Below are positions 59,590 through 64,000 of a stretch of 64,000 nt of DNA, one piece after another. This DNA is from a virus (lineage: Duplodnaviria; Caudoviricetes), in the IMG/VR virus record IMGVR_UViG_2510065010_000001, positions 1-64,000 of that record. One strand, given 5' to 3'. A model generated the notes under the pieces. It ran no database searches. It had not been told where the DNA came from and saw only the letters and a program-made list of their open reading frames with translations. Within the stretch, counting starts at the first letter, position 1, and each line of letters starts with the position of its first letter. Both the position numbers and the translations under genes were made by a program.

Positions 59590-59916
59590 TTAGTGAACCA
59601 AGTGTTCTCGTAGCACAGCGGCTATATTTCCCACCATATGTTTGTGCTGGTGTACTTGCTCCAGGGACATCCACTCCCCGTCTTCTGCTCTACCGAGGCA
59701 AGTTACAGAGTCTTCTGGGATTATTAATCCTGGTTCATCAGATTCAGCGTGGCTGAAATATTGAGCCACTCTCACAGCATAGTAAAAACGGCTGAAACCC
59801 ACTGTTTCCTCGGACTCCACAGAATTGTGGAATCGGGAGTTAGTTCCCCCGTACTGAATGAATCCCCTCTTTATTAAACTGAACCCACCCGTGTCCTTCC
59901 ACCTTTCCATACACAC
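59590..59916 (-). CDS. Hypothetical protein
   Basis: ORF; start uncertain. Confidence 0.4.
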   Translation of the reverse strand: MCMERWKDTGGFSLIKRGFIQYGGTNSRFHNSVESEETVGFSRFYYAVRVAQYFSHAESDEPGLIIPEDSVTCLGRAEDGEWMSLEQVHQHKHMVGNIAAVLREHLVH

Positions 59917-60259
59917 CGTCGCCGTGTTCTCTGACTTCTAGCAGCCTTCCTTCAACTGCTGCATCTTTGTCAGGTTGCCATTTCACGAGGCTGAAGGTGC
60001 CCCCTTGTTTAGTAAGGGTTGCTTTGCCACGACCGAGCTTGCCATTGTCTATAGACCCATATGCGTTCAGCTGGTGACCTGTTTGGTCAGTGATGGTTAC
60101 GCTGCGTCCGTCTTGATGGATTACCTGAGCATTGTTAATAACAAAACTCGAACTGTTCGAGATCTGAGCTTGTGCGATAGTTACCTGCTTGGTTGGTGTG
60201 ATTCGCATGACGAGTCCAACTGCGATCGCAGTAACCGCACCGAAAATTAATAATTTCAT
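59840..60259 (-). CDS. Secreted OB-fold-like protein
   Basis: Signal or anchor peptide; beta-rich; strong SD (GGAGGA). Confidence 0.6.
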   Translation of the reverse strand: MKLLIFGAVTAIAVGLVMRITPTKQVTIAQAQISNSSSFVINNAQVIHQDGRSVTITDQTGHQLNAYGSIDNGKLGRGKATLTKQGGTFSLVKWQPDKDAAVEGRLLEVREHGDGVYGKVEGHGWVQFNKEGIHSVRGN

Positions 60260-60290
60260 GATCTTTGTCCTCCAGATAGATTACCTTTGT

Positions 60291-61061
60291 CTATTCATTG
60301 AATTCTTTTTTGTTTTCTTCAGTTAGGAAGTTCCTAAGTTCTGGGTGATCAGCAATTAAGATTGATAATTTTTTCATCGTTGTTAGGTCGTTTCTGTTAC
60401 TTTCCACAAGGTTGTTTAGGTTATATGCTGCCTCTTTCCAATTCACTATTTCAGTCAGTTCTTTTGCAATTTTGCTAATCTCTTTTAACACTGATTTTTG
60501 ACCTTCTATAGCGTCTGACAGTTCTCTTATATTTCTATTCAGCTGTGCAAACGTTAGTAACAACCCAAAGTCATCTGTCGTAGGTTCTTTCACTTCTTTT
60601 TTATAATTGCTGTCTGCTGCAAACTCCGCTAGTACCCTTATGCCTTTGCGAACCGGGTCTTTAAGTCTTATTGTTATTTCGTTTATCAAATAGTTTATTT
60701 TCTCTAATTTCAGTTCTCTTAACTTGTCTTTCAGCGTTTCTAATTCTTCATCTGGACCGCAGTTTAACGACCCGTTTAGGATTGGGTCGTACTTATTGAT
60801 CAACTTGTTTTCAAGTTCTCTTAGTCCATTAGTGCTTGCTTCTAACCACGCTATGTGCACATCTCTTTTGTCAACTAAGAATTCCAACTTATGATGTCTT
60901 CTCCACCTGTCTTTTATGTTGGTGCTCATTCCTATATAAAGTATTTCTGTTCTACCTAGTACGAAGTACACTCCTGCTACTTCTGGTAGGTTACTTCTAT
61001 TACTTACTGCTACCTTAGGTAGTTCAGTTATGTTGACTTCATTTATGCAGTAAATATCCAT
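60291..61061 (-). CDS. GIY-YIG domain + coiled-coil protein
   Basis: AGVYFV...LYIGMS.N...RW..HH...E..LI..Y.P.LN. Confidence 0.85.
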   Translation of the reverse strand: MDIYCINEVNITELPKVAVSNRSNLPEVAGVYFVLGRTEILYIGMSTNIKDRWRRHHKLEFLVDKRDVHIAWLEASTNGLRELENKLINKYDPILNGSLNCGPDEELETLKDKLRELKLEKINYLINEITIRLKDPVRKGIRVLAEFAADSNYKKEVKEPTTDDFGLLLTFAQLNRNIRELSDAIEGQKSVLKEISKIAKELTEIVNWKEAAYNLNNLVESNRNDLTTMKKLSILIADHPELRNFLTEENKKEFNE

Positions 61062-61101
61062 ATTTTTAAGTTTTTGTCGTTTTGACTATGCTAGTTTATA
61101 T

Positions 61102-61319
61102 TTGTGAGGTCACAAGCCTCACAACTTAAAGTCTTGTGGTCACAAGTAATGTCACAACACAAAATATGAACTCTAAAATCCGTGAAACTCCCGCTACTGC
61201 TGACTTTTCTGTTTCAGACTCCGACTCTTCGCCTAAGGGGTCACAATGTGGTGTCACATGTGAACCCCTTGTGAGGGGTTGTGAACCCCTTGTGAGGGGT
61301 TGTGAACCCCTTGTGAGGG
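61102..61319. repeat. TGTGA/TCACA-rich array including a 21-bp tandem repeat x3
   Basis: TGTGAACCCCTTGTGAGGGGT x3 at 61259-61319 plus upstream TTGTGAGG..CCTCACAA. Confidence 0.9.
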
Positions 61320-61957
61320 ATAACCCTGATTTTTATACTCGCAAGAATTTATCTGAGTTGTTGGGTGGTATTCACGTCAATTCCGTAGATAACTACCTTC
61401 GTAAGATGAGTGAAGTTAACTGGGGTGGACGTATCTTTCGCGATGCCAATGGTTATCAACCTTGGGTTTTAGATGAATTGCGAATTTACCAAAAGTCTTG
61501 TGCACCTACTGTTTTTGTAGACGGGACGTTGGTTACTAATACCAATCGGATTTCTTTTGAGCAATACAAGGAGCAGGTTGAGCGACGTATAGGTACGTAT
61601 GTCGAACCTGTTGAGGTAGAAGATGAAGAGGACTGGTTGCCAGTTGTTTCAGTTTCTCAAGCTATCAATGACTCTTCTATACCTTCTTCTGTGGAAGGGT
61701 TTACGGCTGCTCTTCGTACCTTTAGCAGTAATACTGACCAACAGTTGATTATGCAGGGGTTTGAGCAGGGTCGTCAGTTAGGTAAACGGGTTCGAGAGGC
61801 TCGTATTGCTGGGTTTGAACTGGAAATAGCTGCCGGATCGGTTGAACTTTCGAATGATAGAGCTAAGACCCAGCAGGAAACGGTTGCTCAGGCAGAGAAG
61901 CAAGTTGAGAAGCGAGTTAGTGCTGAAAAAAAGCGTTTCAAGCAACGCTCTTCTTAG
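61136..61957 (+). CDS. Putative HTH + coiled-coil DNA-binding protein (start uncertain)
   Basis: YTRKNLSELLGGIHVNSVDNYL HTH-like motif; C-terminal coiled coil. Confidence 0.6.
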   Translation: MVTSNVTTQNMNSKIRETPATADFSVSDSDSSPKGSQCGVTCEPLVRGCEPLVRGCEPLVRDNPDFYTRKNLSELLGGIHVNSVDNYLRKMSEVNWGGRIFRDANGYQPWVLDELRIYQKSCAPTVFVDGTLVTNTNRISFEQYKEQVERRIGTYVEPVEVEDEEDWLPVVSVSQAINDSSIPSSVEGFTAALRTFSSNTDQQLIMQGFEQGRQLGKRVREARIAGFELEIAAGSVELSNDRAKTQQETVAQAEKQVEKRVSAEKKRFKQRSS

Positions 61958-62058
61958 CATTTTTGCTCTTAGTCACTTACTCTTTCTACATCATCCATAA
62001 TTGCCAGCAGAACGTCTCTAGCCCTCAACAGGTACAAACACGCCAGAAACCATAAGAA

Positions 62059-62084
62059 AACCCCCAGGAAAGCTCCTGGGGGTT
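62059..62084. terminator. Terminator between convergent genes
   Basis: AACCCCCAGGA-aagc-TCCTGGGGGTT. Confidence 0.75.
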
Positions 62085-62123
62085 CTTGCGTTTGTGGTAT
62101 CTTTTCTACACTGACTGGGTTAA

Positions 62124-62855
62124 TTATCCCACGATAACCAGATTTTCAGCCGCAGTTTGATCGATAATCTCTTCTCTAACCAACATTGGCTTAACCTTCG
62201 TGTGGGTTTCTGGCTCAACCTTGTTTGTCCAGATTTTACTGCTATGCAACAGTAAGTCTCCGGGAGTGAACAAAGGTTCACCACGTCCGCCCTTCAAGTA
62301 GCGTGGAACTCCAGCTGGGTTGTACAACTGTGAAACACTGCCTACACTTGCCTTGAACACTGACTTTTTCAGGTCTTTGCAAACCAATGTGACCGGGGTT
62401 GTGTACGTCGGAGATACGATGTTTGCGCGAGTTACGCTGTATCTCGTAAACTCCTGCCCATTGTCGAACACAGTAGTGAATTCTTCAACGATGTCGGTTG
62501 CAACAACATTGAACTGCAGGTAAAAACAGAACCGATTTCGACGGGCACGAGCGTACTTATTAAATACATCCCGGAAGTCAACCTTGTTGAACACTGCATG
62601 TATGCTCAGCATTACTGCATCATCCCCATATTGGGAAATCTCTTCAGGCTGGTTCTTTGAGATAATCGCTCTACAAATCTTTAGCGCCAAGCTATATCTG
62701 GGTTTTACTTTGCCAGTAATGCCGATCAGAACGTTTTCCTGACTTAGATTTGCGTTATTATCGCTCGATTCTTCACTAATCTTATTTTCAGCTTTTCCGA
62801 TTTTAACTGGGTTGTACCACAAGAGGTCTTCAGATGTCAGTGTCATGTCAATCAT
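62124..62855 (-). CDS. Hypothetical protein
   Basis: 243-aa ORF. Confidence 0.6.
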   Translation of the reverse strand: MIDMTLTSEDLLWYNPVKIGKAENKISEESSDNNANLSQENVLIGITGKVKPRYSLALKICRAIISKNQPEEISQYGDDAVMLSIHAVFNKVDFRDVFNKYARARRNRFCFYLQFNVVATDIVEEFTTVFDNGQEFTRYSVTRANIVSPTYTTPVTLVCKDLKKSVFKASVGSVSQLYNPAGVPRYLKGGRGEPLFTPGDLLLHSSKIWTNKVEPETHTKVKPMLVREEIIDQTAAENLVIVG

Positions 62856-63286
62856 TAGTTAGGTTTACAAAGGCTTTTTCAAAGTAATCTCACTTTACTT
62901 CAATAGAATTCAAAATGGAACAGTTTAGAGCCTAAAACTGACCCTAAACTGTCACTTTATTGTTTCTTCATGAAGAATAATGAGATTTTTAAGTGCAATT
63001 GGGCACAAACAAAGCGGTGCATAAAGAGCCTAGAAAATGCACCGCTTTGTTCATGTCCGATAGATTGTGGCTATTCGATACTTAATCCTCTCAGGTTACG
63101 GATTATTATCTCTCTAGCGTCTACTACGCTCATGTCTTTACGGACATTCTTGTTCACTTTTTTAACCTTTTGTGCTGTTTGTTCACGCACATTCCTTGAC
63201 ACGGGCATTAATGTCATGTGGAGTAGACGGATTCATCTCTTTCTCCGAGAAACCCAATCCCCTTGTGGGTTGGGTTGTTGACATAG

Positions 63287-63808
63287 CTAAACGGTTAATC
63301 CATCTACATCTACAGTTTTGTAAGAGACATACTCTCTTTGCCTACGTGCTGCACTCTTGTATTTATGCGCTGGGTTAACGCATTGATCTTTATTTGTACA
63401 ATTGTGCATTGCTAGGAGACTTACGCTTTTTGGTAGTTCTTCACTGGTAGAGCATACCCACACTAGTCTCGCAGCTTGGATTGGCTGCGAGTTTATATAC
63501 ATCGTTGGGTATCGCCTCGTTGTTGTTTTCCCATTCTTGTTTGTCTTCTTAACTGTGTGAAATTTACCTTTCCACAACCAACAGGCATCGTTTGGGTCTG
63601 CATTTTCAGGTACTAAGGTGAAATATCGACTTCGACCATATACCGTCAGTGCAACTTGGTCTAAGGGACTAAGTATTTCCCTAGTTAGTATGTCCGGTGT
63701 TCTTCTCAGCTTATTTGCCTGTTTTTGAGCTTCTGTTATTACTCCTTTGGGGACACCCATCTTCATCAACTCTTCTATGAAGCGTTGCCGTTGCTTTGAG
63801 GTTTTCAT
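63287..63808 (-). CDS. HNH endonuclease-like protein
   Basis: CWLWKG...YP...ARLVW...MHNC....CVNPAH. Confidence 0.8.
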   Translation of the reverse strand: MKTSKQRQRFIEELMKMGVPKGVITEAQKQANKLRRTPDILTREILSPLDQVALTVYGRSRYFTLVPENADPNDACWLWKGKFHTVKKTNKNGKTTTRRYPTMYINSQPIQAARLVWVCSTSEELPKSVSLLAMHNCTNKDQCVNPAHKYKSAARRQREYVSYKTVDVDGLTV

Positions 63809-63847
63809 ATCTCACATCTAATTCAACTTCTATACAATAGCTTATGA

Positions 63848-63969
63848 CTAGGTACGCTGAATAAAACTAAGATTGGGCGCGTAACACTTTTGTGTTGTCG
63901 TCATAACACTGAGGGTTAGGGTCGCATACACAATTGTTTAGGGTCGCTGACAGAATGCTTTAGGGTCGC
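63848..63969 (+). repeat. Iteron-like TTAGGGTCGC repeats at 22-bp period
   Basis: Exact copies at 63916, 63938 and 63960; degenerate copies near 63848 and 63872. Confidence 0.8.
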
Positions 63970-64000
63970 AGCTATACTTATTTATGTTCACCCTAAAGAT

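Noticed and set aside
63916-63969. TTAGGG as telomeric repeats
   Set aside because: The copies are not tandem hexamers; they sit within 22-bp-period units in a bacterial context.
1-64000. DGR, retron, Cas, tRNA/rRNA, capsid/terminase or integrase
   Set aside because: No RT, Cas, structural or tyrosine-recombinase motifs or RNA genes were recognised by eye; highly divergent ones cannot be excluded.

Overview
This 64 kb, AT-rich window is densely coding and mostly on the minus strand. It looks like part of a large cyanobacterial extrachromosomal or mobile element (plasmid or phage-plasmid-like). Support for a cyanobacterial host: at least 8 HIP1 octamers (GCGATCGC), an nblA-like gene and cyanobacterial-type IS200/IS605 ends. 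No housekeeping, rRNA/tRNA, capsid, terminase or T4SS genes were recognised. From left to right: (i) a 9-gene operon with an FtsK/SpoIIIE ATPase, small membrane proteins, a trypsin-like protease and cell-wall hydrolases; (ii) DHH and LuxR genes and many small phage-like ORFs; (iii) an expanded family of PPC/FG-GAP/ELWxxDGT surface proteins and two HExxH metalloproteases; (iv) a DUF6745-like repeat protein with its usual partner gene; (v) four divergent copies of an apparently unnamed two-gene cassette (secreted two-Cys protein with a variable C-terminus, plus an acidic cytoplasmic partner); (vi) five tnpB loci (one frameshifted, two with cargo genes, one lacking the RuvC-III Asp) plus end remnants; (vii) a replication-like region with an HUH rolling-circle Rep, repeats, a long hairpin, a TGTGA-rich array and 22-bp-periodic iteron-like repeats. 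All family assignments come from motif recognition by eye, not database searches.
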